This document shows, piece by piece, positions 12,449 through 22,453 of a DNA stretch of 64,000 nucleotides. The notes under the pieces were generated by a model. It saw only the letters and a program-made list of their open reading frames with translations. It had not been told where the DNA came from and did not search any database. The stretch's first letter is position 1, and every line of letters starts with the position of its first letter. The position numbers were made by a program, and so were the translations under genes. Location: assembly GCA_000091205.1 (NCBI GenBank), contig AP006499.2. The stretch is one strand, 5' to 3'. This stretch comes from Cyanidioschyzon merolae (lineage: Eukaryota).

Positions 12449-13726
12449 TTAGGATCGATGAGGTGAGCGTTCGGCGCCAGTATCGTGGCGCGAATATGGC
12501 GGACGGGCATCCCGTACTGGTGTTGACCAATGCGGGGACGCTCCTTCTTCATCGGTTTCACTCGCGAAGAGATCCTGGAGCATTGCGTTCAGACGTAGCC
12601 ATCGGCGTTGCAACTCGTCAATGACTCGTTCCTGGCGAGCGCATGCCGTATGCAATTTGCAGAGCTCTCGCTCGTAGAGTTGTTCCCTCTGAGCGTTTTC
12701 AGCCTCGGCTGTGTGCCGGACTTGCTTCAGTTGTGCCTCGAGTGACTCCCGCTCTTGTTGTGCACGTTGTTTTTCCTGGAGAGCGTTCTGCAGCAATATT
12801 TGTGTGTGTTCGTGCTCCTGTCGTAGCGCTCCGTACTGCCTGCGTGTCTCTTCAAGCTCATCACGCACTGTTCGCCAGTGCTCGCTCTTGGTCTCGAGGG
12901 CGCCTTCGAGGCGGGCGATTTGCAGACGTAACTGTCGATTTTCATTCTGGGATCTTTGGCACTGGAGCTGCAGCCTGCTGAGCTCCTCCTCAGCACTGCA
13001 TTTGGACTCGAGCAGGTTCGCAATCTGGTTCTCGAGTTCTAGCAATGAGGTGTCCGTCAGGACGGTAGCCGGGGGCGGGTGCCCAAACGGCTCCCTCGAG
13101 GCATATGGAGCCTCCTGACGCTCGCTCTGTAAAGCGTTGTGCTCCTTGTTCGACGTACACTGAGGAAAGTTGGCGGTCACTCGCTGATGATAGCTGGTCG
13201 AACCGGCCGACCGCGGCGTCGGCTCCGGGGACGATGCTTGGCCGCTTGGCGTCGACATTGCGCACTCTTGTCGCTGCTGCTGCTGCGTCGCCGGCGGTGG
13301 CGCTTGCACTGGACCGAACAGCATCTTCCGAACGGGGGGCGTCTTCGCAGTGCCATTCGCCTGATCCTTGGCGATGCGTTGTCGCCACGAAGCCGCGATC
13401 TGGTCGCACTGCGTCTCTCCTAGGGGGTTACGAAACGCCCGCTGGGCGCGCCGGTTGGTCGCTATGGAGCTCCCCGGACCAGACGCTGCCCCTGCGTTGC
13501 CGTCAGAGCGATATCGCCGTCTCAAAATGGGAGGTTGCTTCGACGAATCGACAGCTGTGCCTGTCGGTAGCAGTTTCCTTTCCAAAAGAATTTGCTCCAA
13601 CTGCTGGAGCGCGTCCCCTGGAGGGCACGCCTCTACTCTTCCCCACGCGCTGCCCAGAGACGCACTTCCAGTTATAGTCTGCGTTGGCGCCTCATTTTCC
13701 TTGTTAGGCGGGGCACTGGCCCGCAT
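12449..13726 (-). CDS. Hypothetical coiled-coil protein
   Basis: 425-aa ORF with a long heptad-like E/Q/L/R-rich region ('ENRQLRLQIARLEGALETKSEHWRTVRDELEETRRQ...'). No recognisable catalytic motif. Confidence 0.35.
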   Translation of the reverse strand: MRASAPPNKENEAPTQTITGSASLGSAWGRVEACPPGDALQQLEQILLERKLLPTGTAVDSSKQPPILRRRYRSDGNAGAASGPGSSIATNRRAQRAFRNPLGETQCDQIAASWRQRIAKDQANGTAKTPPVRKMLFGPVQAPPPATQQQQRQECAMSTPSGQASSPEPTPRSAGSTSYHQRVTANFPQCTSNKEHNALQSERQEAPYASREPFGHPPPATVLTDTSLLELENQIANLLESKCSAEEELSRLQLQCQRSQNENRQLRLQIARLEGALETKSEHWRTVRDELEETRRQYGALRQEHEHTQILLQNALQEKQRAQQERESLEAQLKQVRHTAEAENAQREQLYERELCKLHTACARQERVIDELQRRWLRLNAMLQDLFASETDEEGASPHWSTPVRDARPPYSRHDTGAERSPHRS

Positions 13727-14220
13727 GGCTGCTCGAGTGCTACCGAGCTCTGCGTCGGTCTCGAGGCGTCGGCGAGCACCCCAGCTATCAGAGCGCTCGG
13801 CCGCGCACCGTGGTAGGTCTCTCGTCTAGGAGAGGCGCGCTTCTCCCGGACAAGAGCACTGACGTACGCAGCAACGACTTGCAGCCGATCGATCGAATTA
13901 GCCAGCGCGTCAGGTAGCTGACCAGTCAGCCTTCAGCGACAAGACGCTCCCGACAGACGATCCTGACTGCGCTTTTTACGCAAACGCTTGAACGGATACG
14001 GAAGCGCTCGATTGGTGCCCGGCATCCGCTTCTCCGCGAGTGCGGCGTGCGCGCCGGCGATTCGAAACGCTCCCGAATGAGCACACGTACACGCATCCGC
14101 GCATCCGTGCACGCATGCGAACGGAATGCGTAACGCACCGCGCACACGTCGCCGCTGAACGTCACGCGTGATGGATCGCATTGCACGCCGCCGTTTGTAC
14201 ACGCGTCGATTTGCGCGCCA

Positions 14221-14223
14221 GCA

Positions 14224-14259
<36 letters not shown>
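14221..14259. repeat. (CAG)n microsatellite, ~12 units
   Basis: 'caggagcagcagcagcagcagcagcagcagcagcagcaa'. Intergenic, with no supported CDS here. Confidence 0.9.
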
Positions 14260-14260
<1 letters not shown>

Positions 14261-15784
14261 ATCGACGCTGCATCTGACTTACCTCATCGATGTTGCAGTG
14301 CGTACGCGGAGAGGTACGTATGCAGGAACCGAGCCTGGCGGACGCATCCGAGGCATATCACTTGAATGCATGTCGGTGTTGTTTCGATAATCTGGTCTGT
14401 GGTCGGCGAGTCGACCTGCATTGCCCACGTGTGTGGGGAGGTATGTGACACGGGGGGCACGCCCTCGAGCCGTTCCCGGAAATACTCCCTGATCCAGCTT
14501 TAAACCCTCGATTTGTATAGCATCCTGGGCATGGTGGTTCCAGGGTTACTGAGGATCCACGGCAACGTCCTTCGGTTCTGTTTGTTCTTCCTGAGGCGGC
14601 CTCTCGAGCATTTGCGGTATCGCTGCTGATGTTTCTCTTCCAGCACGTGACGAGAGCGTCGTCCTGGCCGATGAAGCAAGCTGCTCGTGAGCGCTGCGGG
14701 CATCTGCGAGCGATTGTCTCGACCTTCAGGCCCAAGTGACAAGCAAGCGCCTGCTGGCCGTCGGTTGTATGCATATGCTGCTCGCGGTAAAAGTTGGTTG
14801 TCGTTCCTAGACAGCGAATGGAGCATCCACCGACGAAGAGATGTACGCTTTGACGCCGACTGTTTGCCCCCTCGCCGAGAGCGACTGGTGCGGGCTCGTT
14901 GCGCGCAGTCACCGCACAGTTTCCAACGCTCGACTCTGGCCAGTGTGTGCGTGCTCGGGCGCCGCGTGGGAACACTCGGAAAGCTCCGAGTCTTTAAACA
15001 AAAGTCATGGACACAACTGGACGCCCGTGAATCCATGGCGAGCAGATCGGTGAAGCACTTGCTGTTAGCAGAAGTGGGGTTTCAACGCCATGCGCCGGTC
15101 TGCTGTAGCCGTGGTCCAGATGCCACTGACCAGACTGCATGCCAGCAAAACGTGCAGTGGTTGGTGTACGGTTTCTTGGGTGCTCATTTTTCGAGTTCCT
15201 GCGCCCCTGTGACCTGAAGACGCAAGCACGCGCAACCAAACGAACCGTGCATGCGATGCATTCGAGTTTTTGCACAGCACACAGTTCGGAGCGCTCCCAG
15301 CACCCATGTGCTCAGGCTTCGTTTAGGATATGCCGATTTCATCGAACGACACTGACGATATGGATCATATGGTGTCGTGTTTGGGTTTCCGCAGGGACCC
15401 GCAGCCACAGCACCTGGACATCCAGCTCAGCTGTCGTGCGAGGACATTCAGGACCCTCCGCTACGGGTCCGAGTTGCGCGCGCTTGCCTCGCCCGGCACC
15501 GTCGCGGCACATCTGCGAAAAGATTTCCTCGTTTTCGGTGCTTTAGGAATCTGATTATTTCAGGTTGAACAGGCTTTGCGACTTTCTGCAACGCGAGTTC
15601 GCACGTTGCCTCGCTCTCTTGGACAGCATGGAATGAAATAGAGACACTGCACACTCTGTTATAGTCGTCGTCGTCGCTTTTTCTCTGGGAGCTATCCTGA
15701 ACCCGTCGCTTCACCTAATATCCTACCACTAGCGCCATCCGATGATCCATCCTTGCATCCGAGTCCGGTTGCTCCAGCCTGCGC

Positions 15785-16954
15785 TCAGAGTTTGCTCTGC
15801 ATCTTCACAGAGAGCATCTGGCGGACATCGTACGGGGCAAACGCATCCCGAACGACGAGATCTCTCCGAATATCGGAAACTTTCTGGCACCCGCACAGCT
15901 GCATGGCGAGCTTAAATTCATCTTTCAGTAAACTGAGTAGCCGGTAGACACCCTCTTCGCCATCAACTGCTAGGCCCCAGACAATGGGCCGTCCGATGAG
16001 GACAGCATCCGCGCCCAGTGCGAGCGCCTTCACCACATCGGTTCCGCGGCGCACACCAGAATCGATGAAAACTGGGATGCGACCTCGAACACTCTGCGCG
16101 ACTTCCTCGAGGCAGTCGATGGTGGCGGTTACACCGTCCAGCTGTCGGGCCCCGTGGTTCGATATCCAGATTCCGTCTGCGCCGTACTGCAGCGCACGCT
16201 GGGCGTCTTCTGCAGTGACGACCCCCTTGAGCAGAATTGGCAGCCTCGTGATGCTCTTAAGCCAAGCGATATCGTTCCAGTTCAGCGATGCATCAATCAG
16301 CGATGCGACGTAGGATGCCAGGCCAGAAGCGCCTGCTCCGCCCTTCACTTGCGCAAAATCTTTCATATCGGCAAAATTCGCGAGAGACAAGTGCGGCGGC
16401 AACTGGAACTGGTTCCTGATATCCGCCTCACGCCGACCAAGTTGCGGCGTATCCACGGTGAGGGCTATTGCTCGGAAACCTGCGCGCTCAGCACGCCGCA
16501 CAAGGCGCTCCGTGATCGCCCGATCCTTGTACACGTACAGCTGGAAGAACTTGGGCAGACCAGGCACGTGCGCCGCAACGTCCTCAAGCGAGGTCGTTGC
16601 CCAGGATGACAGACCCATCACCGTTCCGATACGTGCAACGGCTCGGGCGGTTGCCAGCTCGCCTTCAGGGTGCGCCATGCGTTGCATGGCGGTCGGCGCC
16701 ACCATCAGCGGGAACGACAAGTCGATGCCCATAACCTGCTTCGTGATATCGACCCGAGAAACGTCTATAAGCACACGCGGACGGAAGCGTAGACGTCGAA
16801 ACGCTTCTTCGTTGTCGCGCAGCGTTTGCTCGTCGTCTGCACCGCTCGCGTAGTAGCCATAGACCATAGCGGGGAGCCGGGCCTTGGCGAACAGGTGATA
16901 TTCAGCCAAATTCAGCGGTTGTGTCGCCGGATTCACTGCTGGCTTCTCAACCAT
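15785..16954 (-). CDS. FMN-dependent (S)-2-hydroxy-acid oxidase (glycolate oxidase / L-lactate oxidase family)
   Basis: '[33 protein letters not shown]', '[16 protein letters not shown]' and '[10 protein letters not shown]' are hallmarks of the alpha-hydroxy-acid oxidase family. The start is set at the internal Met 'MVEKPAVNP' (ATG at 16954-16952, minus strand). The 66 codons upstream in the track ORF look non-coding. Confidence 0.85.
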   Translation of the reverse strand: MVEKPAVNPATQPLNLAEYHLFAKARLPAMVYGYYASGADDEQTLRDNEEAFRRLRFRPRVLIDVSRVDITKQVMGIDLSFPLMVAPTAMQRMAHPEGELATARAVARIGTVMGLSSWATTSLEDVAAHVPGLPKFFQLYVYKDRAITERLVRRAERAGFRAIALTVDTPQLGRREADIRNQFQLPPHLSLANFADMKDFAQVKGGAGASGLASYVASLIDASLNWNDIAWLKSITRLPILLKGVVTAEDAQRALQYGADGIWISNHGARQLDGVTATIDCLEEVAQSVRGRIPVFIDSGVRRGTDVVKALALGADAVLIGRPIVWGLAVDGEEGVYRLLSLLKDEFKLAMQLCGCQKVSDIRRDLVVRDAFAPYDVRQMLSVKMQSKL

Positions 16955-17163
16955 CTCTACTTTGTTTCGAATACTGGTAAAACAATGTCTTTTTTGAGTT
17001 TGCGCTGAATTACCGTGGTAGATACGGCTCTGCGAACGCACCTCTACTGCGCAGTACGGGTACACAGCATCCGTAAGCAGCGCTTGCGGCAACGCATGGA
17101 CGCCAGCGTCGATCCCGAGACTAGGCGCGCGCGCCCGGGCACGCATCCACACACATGACAGAC

Positions 17164-17222
17164 GGCTGCTGCTGCTGCTGCTGCTGTTGCTGCTGCAGGA
17201 GCGGCGGCGGCTGCGGCGGCGG
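17164..17222. repeat. (GCT)n(GCG)n trinucleotide repeat
   Basis: 'gctgctgctgctgctgctgttgctgctgcaggagcggcggcggctgcggcggcggcgg', about 10 nt upstream of the start codon I assign to the glycolate-oxidase-like gene. Confidence 0.9.
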
Positions 17223-18368
17223 CGGATCGATGCTCAGTGCGCGCCCGCACCAGATCGCGGATCGCATGCGATTTGCCGCGGCGTGGCGTACGCTCCCAGT
17301 CATGTGTGCGATCAGCGAGTACTGGCAAGGGCTCCAAGCTGAATGCCCGTGTGCTGCCTGAGGCCACGAACGAGACTCTAGAAGCTCCAGGGACGCTTCT
17401 ATGTACGGTAACGTGTCGAACATTAATATCGACGAGGAGTGGAAGCTGGGTCTAACGATTGTCAAGGTGCCGTGTGTGTATTGACCACCGCACAGAGAGA
17501 CGAGGCGACGTCTTCGCTGTAGCATGGCTGGCGTCGCGTCAGTCGTACCAGCAGCGGGGCAAGCGTGCTGTTCTAGTCGAACGCACAGCGCCGGCTCCGA
17601 ATGCCATTCAGTTCGCGAGCTGATAGAGCGTTTCATGGTCGTTGTAGGGCGTCCATAGAGGAGACTGAATAACGGGTGCAGCACGCTGCTGCCGCGAGTC
17701 GTGCGAGGAGCGCCTCTGGGGTATGCGCACCGACCGGTGCGGAAACGGCGCGGCGACGCTGATTTGCAAAGTGCAAACGCAGGGCGCGCGAGTGCTCACT
17801 TGCGCTGCAGATGCCGGAACACGTGCGCTGGCCCCGAGACCGATACTCGTGGCTCCTGGAACTGTATGCGGCGCTTTGGACTCGGTTTGAGCTTTCTCGA
17901 ACCTGCTGTGGATCCGGTTATACCAACTTGCTCGGTACTAGAAGGTTCGGACGACTTTGCGCGAGGATACGACGAACAACATGGCGCAAGACAACGATGG
18001 CAACAGCGCGCTTATCGCATGCCAAGCGGGTGCCCGCGGTTGCGAAGCTGTTCGCGACTGACACGCATCTGCGTCGACCTCGTGGGAGCCATGGTGCACG
18101 AACATGTGCTCTGCATTGAGAAGCGTCTGTGCGAAAATGGAAGCAAGGTTCAGAGAGCTGGGGTTGACGCCAGGGCGGCCCTCCAATGCATGAGCAGGAG
18201 CACGAACAAAACCGGGGAAATACAAACACTGGGCACTTTAACACGAGAGCGACTTTCGTTCGCCATGTCATAGATAGGAGGAATTTTCCACGACGCGACA
18301 AGTTTTCAAGATCAAATAAGTGATGCAGTTCGCCAAAGCATTCAGAAACGATGTTGACGCCAGATCTT

Positions 18369-19865
18369 CTATTCAACAGACAGGTTCACATCGAAAGAGC
18401 CCTCGAATGCGCAGATATGGGGCAGCGCTTTTCGGACAAGTTCCAGTTCTCGACGTAGTTGCTCAAGCGTCGGGCGTTCGACGAGCTTCACCGTCTTCAC
18501 GAGTGCGTCCTGTAGCCAGTATCTGCGCACGGCGTGTGCGGCGTCGCGCTCGCTCACTGAATCGCCAAGAACGAGGAGGTTCAGATTGGCCGGGTAATTT
18601 GGATGTCTCTCAAGCTCTGCCCTGAATGCCTGCGTTTTCCAGTCCGATGGCGAGTGCGGAAAATCTGACTCGTAAATGCTTCGGGCAGAAATGATACGAA
18701 TATCGCTCGAGTCGAGATGTTGCAAAACTCGTGGCATGAAGCGGGCCGCTGAAAGTTGCACCCAACCAGTTTCCGCATTGGTAATGACACATACGCGGCC
18801 ATATTGTTGGGCGTCATCCAAAATACCAATGACGAGATCTTCTAGTGCATCCAGATTTGCGACAAGTTCCTGCGGTAACGATTCCGTGTCATCTACGCGG
18901 AAACCTAAAGTTGAGAGCCACGTCGACGAGAGCAGCGTATCGTCCCAGTCGAAAAGCATGATCGTGCAATCAGGAGCACAGATTCGCCTCGCCTGCTCCC
19001 GCTGGGTCGCGAACCCAGGGCTGTTTCGGTCGTGGTGCTCAATTTTCAAACCATTTTCCGGGACGTCCAGAAGCGACCATTCCGCGCACCTCCGTGAAAA
19101 GGAATCGGAAGGTTCGGGCGCGGTCACACGCTGGCGCTGCCATGATTCGCCGCACGTCAAATCTACACCATGGACGACAGGTGCACTGCTACTAGCACCG
19201 TCTACGTCGCCAGAGGTAAACTCCGCCGCGACTCCAGAGGACAGCATCCAGCTTCGATCATTTTTCCTAGTTTCTGTACAAACATGTACTGCAAATCGGT
19301 TGTTGTCGAAGCTCTCATACGAATCTGGTTCACATAACATTCTCAGCGAGTCCCTGGGCAGCATCTCGTCCCCGTCTGAGACAGTGCGGGAGAACGACTC
19401 TGCCGCAACGGTTGATGCGGTATCAGGTTCTGATTCGGACTCCGAATCACTCAGGTACCCAGGTAGGGCGTCGTCCTCCGGGACGAAGCGCCCTGCGAGC
19501 GAAAAGCGCACGAAAGGGGTATTTTCCTTTTCAGAGTCGCCCAAACCCTCAGATTCCGAAGCAAAGAGACTCTGCTCGTCACGCCAGGACTTGGCCGTGG
19601 AGGATGACGAGTTCGCGTGATCCTCGGCGGCGCTGATCGATAGCGAGTCTTCCGGTACCTCGGTTTCCACGGACATACTCGAGGTGTCGTCGGGTGTCAA
19701 CGAAGGACAGAAGTTCACTCGAACTGTTAGCGTCTCTTGATCCGAGGAGCTGCTCCGATCCAAGACAGAAAGGCGTCGACCTCGTTGGCGTGCGCCGCAA
19801 CCGTCTCGAAGAGTTCGAAGTCTGTTACGCTGTGAAGCTATTGAACCAGCAACTGCTCCCATCAA
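18369..19865 (-). CDS. HAD-superfamily hydrolase-like protein with a long acidic/Ser-rich N-terminal region
   Basis: HAD motif I 'MLFDWDDTLL', motif II 'VCVITNAETGW', motif IV-like 'LVLGDSVSERD'. The N-terminal ~250 aa are low-complexity (S/D/E-rich). Confidence 0.55.
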   Translation of the reverse strand: MMGAVAGSIASQRNRLRTLRDGCGARQRGRRLSVLDRSSSSDQETLTVRVNFCPSLTPDDTSSMSVETEVPEDSLSISAAEDHANSSSSTAKSWRDEQSLFASESEGLGDSEKENTPFVRFSLAGRFVPEDDALPGYLSDSESESEPDTASTVAAESFSRTVSDGDEMLPRDSLRMLCEPDSYESFDNNRFAVHVCTETRKNDRSWMLSSGVAAEFTSGDVDGASSSAPVVHGVDLTCGESWQRQRVTAPEPSDSFSRRCAEWSLLDVPENGLKIEHHDRNSPGFATQREQARRICAPDCTIMLFDWDDTLLSSTWLSTLGFRVDDTESLPQELVANLDALEDLVIGILDDAQQYGRVCVITNAETGWVQLSAARFMPRVLQHLDSSDIRIISARSIYESDFPHSPSDWKTQAFRAELERHPNYPANLNLLVLGDSVSERDAAHAVRRYWLQDALVKTVKLVERPTLEQLRRELELVRKALPHICAFEGSFDVNLSVE

Positions 19866-20235
19866 ACCTGACAGAGCCCACCCTCTATACGTACAACAGA
19901 TAAATCTAGTCCGTTCACGGACGAGAAGACCGTTCCGGCTACGCTTTCCGTTTCGCTGCAGACGTCTCCGTGCGCGCTTTTCAGAGTTGTCACAATCGCC
20001 AGCTCACTGCGTCGATAAATACCACGAACACAAACCACAGTGTGACCAGGAGCCAGTCAGAAACCAGACAAGCGCTGTGGAGTCCAAGAAAAACGAAGTT
20101 CCCACAACGCTCGTCGAGGCCTCACCTAGAACACCCCTGAAGACAAACGTCTTTGAAAAGGAGAACGCTGTCGCCGGCGGTGTACAGCAGTGGCGGCAAA
20201 CGGGTCCTAGACAAATCGTCCCCAACTGATGGGCA

Positions 20236-20338
20236 GACACCTCGCCGTCTTTCTCGACCGGTCACCCACTACTGGTTTCAACTTTTTCTCATATAGTTCC
20301 ACTTTGGAAGATTGTCCAATTAAGTTTTCTCTTGTCAG
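20236..20338 (-). other. Conserved 3' noncoding tail of the Fanzor element (candidate omegaRNA scaffold / right end)
   Basis: The ~105 nt immediately 3' of the Fanzor stop codon align ungapped at roughly 65% identity with the sequence 3' of the second fragment (39650-39775), e.g. 'caaagtggaactatatgag' vs 'caaggtcgaactctacgcg' and 'gttgaaacc' vs 'gtcgaaacc'. Beyond that point the two flanks are unrelated. Confidence 0.35.
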
Positions 20339-20726
20339 TTATGGAAGTCTTCTTTCCATCACCGCACATCTGCTTATATTGATAGCGGCATTAAAGTCAC
20401 GGTTCACGAATTCCATACGTTTCTTCCCGTTGACTGTACTTACTAATGCAAGGGGTCCACGAACTTTCGACATCCTTTCCATTTGCTCTTCCGTCAGCGG
20501 TCCATACTTTTTTATACCTTCAGGGCTCCGGTGGCACTTTTCCATCTCCACTCTCTGCAGTGTACAACCCAGCTCATGGTGTGTATACGATGTTCGAAAC
20601 TCATCTACAGGTATTGTAACAAAACGCCGTGCACACTCCATGTACGTTCTTGCCGTTGGAGCTGGTGTACACCCTTTTTGTATCCTCCGGCGCCCTGCTC
20701 CGTACGCTACCACGAGCCCTGACTTT
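20339..20726 (-). CDS. Fanzor-like nuclease, C-terminal segment (TnpB 'VDPxYTSQ'-like segment, degenerate Zn-ribbon, RuvC-III)
   Basis: 'TIPVDEFRTSYTHHELGCTLQRVEMEKCHRSPEG...VNGKKRMEFVNRDFNAAINISRCAVMERRLP*'. 'RDFNAAINI' is a near-canonical TnpB/Fanzor RuvC-III motif. The frame opens after a TGA at about 20727-20729 and overlaps the end of the previous segment, so a 1-nt frameshift or a tiny intron separates them. Confidence 0.65.
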
Positions 20727-21395
20727 CATTCTCCTTCAAGGCACTCATTAAAAAATTCGCGAACGCGCGCCGCTTCCCACAATACAGATTCATTCGCAGA
20801 CGAGCGCACCGGGGATTTGTATACTCTTCCCACAGCGCATCCCAATGAGCAACACGAACTTCCATGAATTTCCGAAAAGCTTCCAAGTCCGCTCCGCGGC
20901 TCGTCACCTCACTCAAAGCTTCCAGGTGATCCTTCATTCCTGCATTCCATGCCTCAATTTTCTTCCTTGCATTCATGATTCCCGATTCTCGATAGTATCT
21001 TGCTCTCGAGAGCCTCAAAAGACGCATGTCTTTCCGACGTAAGTTGCCGTCAGTACCATCTTCCGCACGCTTGGGTGCTGCGATGGTTGCGATATTTGTG
21101 TTTCCGGGGTCCGCGCCAACGACAAAGTCGTTATTCTGCACTTTCTGCGTCGCAGGATACGCCTCCTTCTCATCTTCATGCTTCGTTACGGACAATATTG
21201 AAGACGGCACTGGACGATCTGCCTTCAAGCGCCGATAGTGTACACACGTGGCTACTCCATCGGTTTCGATCATTCCAGTGAATACCTTTTGTTTGCTGAC
21301 TTTGAGAAGTTTGAAATTGAAGATGTTCTTCCAGTGCGTCTCCCGCTTATCAGCGGAGAACTCCTCCCTGCTGACACTGAACTCCGGACTGATCT
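20707..21395 (-). CDS. Fanzor-like nuclease, WED/RuvC-I segment
   Basis: The frame is open from about 21395. It contains beta-rich '[40 protein letters not shown]' followed by '[20 protein letters not shown]', matching the G-I-D-x-G RuvC-I motif of TnpB/Cas12/Fanzor. It ends at a TAG at 20707-20709 and is immediately followed by the next segment in a different frame. Confidence 0.6.
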
Positions 21396-21485
21396 CCTAC
21401 ATGATGCCGTAAAGGATTCTGGAGTCGATAGTCACAAAATGTGACCTGATGTTGCACATTGGAACGCCGTTGAAGCGCTTCCCCA

Positions 21486-22244
21486 TTAGGAAAGCCTTCC
21501 GTCTCTCCCACGCTTCATTTTTTCCTCACCCAGTTTCATCTCTGCCTCGCGTCCCAGTTCTCGGTCCAGGAACACAAAATATCGCAGAATGAGGCGATAG
21601 GATCTTCCCTCATCTTTTTTCAACGCTGATATCTTTTCTGCTGAATTCGCCAACCCCAGTGCCGCACGATGCTCTTTCATAGCCGCACGGATTACAGAAT
21701 CCTCATTCGTGCTCTCATTTGACTCCTTCTTCTCGACAAATTCGACCTCATCTTCACGCTTGCGATCTTTCGTGATGCCATTGATAATCGCCCATATTCC
21801 TTTACGAGACAGGTCCGGGTAGAGTGCAACTACGGCGCGTATCATGAAACGTTCGAGGTTCACGATCAGATGGTTCTTCAGGTTCGTGAGGTACTTCATC
21901 GCCCCATAGTCGTACATATCCCGGTCACCCTTGTATCGAGTACCATTAAAGCTGTAAAAGGAGTGTTTTTCGTGGAGGACGTGCACCCGCTCATTTTCCC
22001 TCCGCGCTTCCTCTGTACCAAGCATCAGGTATCGAATAAAGGTCTTGTCGAAGAACTTGTCCGGAATCTTGACCGTTTCCATTTGCGTCACGTCGCGATA
22101 CGTCTCCCTCGCCAAATGCATCAGTCCTGACGACGCCTTCACAATATTCCTGAAGTAAGAGTCGACACGTTTTTCGACAGCGTCTCGCAACTTTTCCCTG
22201 CAGGGATCCTTGATATGTCCAAGAAGAAAGGCTTTCACCACCAT
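21486..22244 (-). CDS. Fanzor-like nuclease, N-terminal (REC-like) segment
   Basis: 252-aa ORF directly upstream of, and in the same orientation as, the RuvC-containing segments. Its frame stays open upstream to about 22337 with a K/R-rich stretch (EKEEKKNRKGEALRRRPQERR). No catalytic motifs are expected in this part. Confidence 0.45.
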   Translation of the reverse strand: MVVKAFLLGHIKDPCREKLRDAVEKRVDSYFRNIVKASSGLMHLARETYRDVTQMETVKIPDKFFDKTFIRYLMLGTEEARRENERVHVLHEKHSFYSFNGTRYKGDRDMYDYGAMKYLTNLKNHLIVNLERFMIRAVVALYPDLSRKGIWAIINGITKDRKREDEVEFVEKKESNESTNEDSVIRAAMKEHRAALGLANSAEKISALKKDEGRSYRLILRYFVFLDRELGREAEMKLGEEKMKRGRDGRLS

Positions 22245-22453
22245 CTCGTCGTACTGTCGTCTTTCTTGCGGCCTTCGACGTAGAGCCTCCCCCTTTCGGT
22301 TCTTTTTCTCTTCCTTTTCTTCTGGACTCGGTAATGTTTATTGTTTTTTTTTCTGGCAGCCAGCCACACTGAGCCTCCAGGATCGTCGACTTGCTTTTTC
22401 ATAGCCTTCATTTTTTAGTTTTTTTGAAAAAGAACGCTCTTTGAACGCTTCTG

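Noticed and set aside
20229-20867. 212-aa plus-strand ORF, with a homologous minus-strand ORF at 39447..39704
   Set aside because: It is an antisense shadow of the Fanzor coding sequence. It is conserved between copies only because the nucleotide sequence of the element is conserved.
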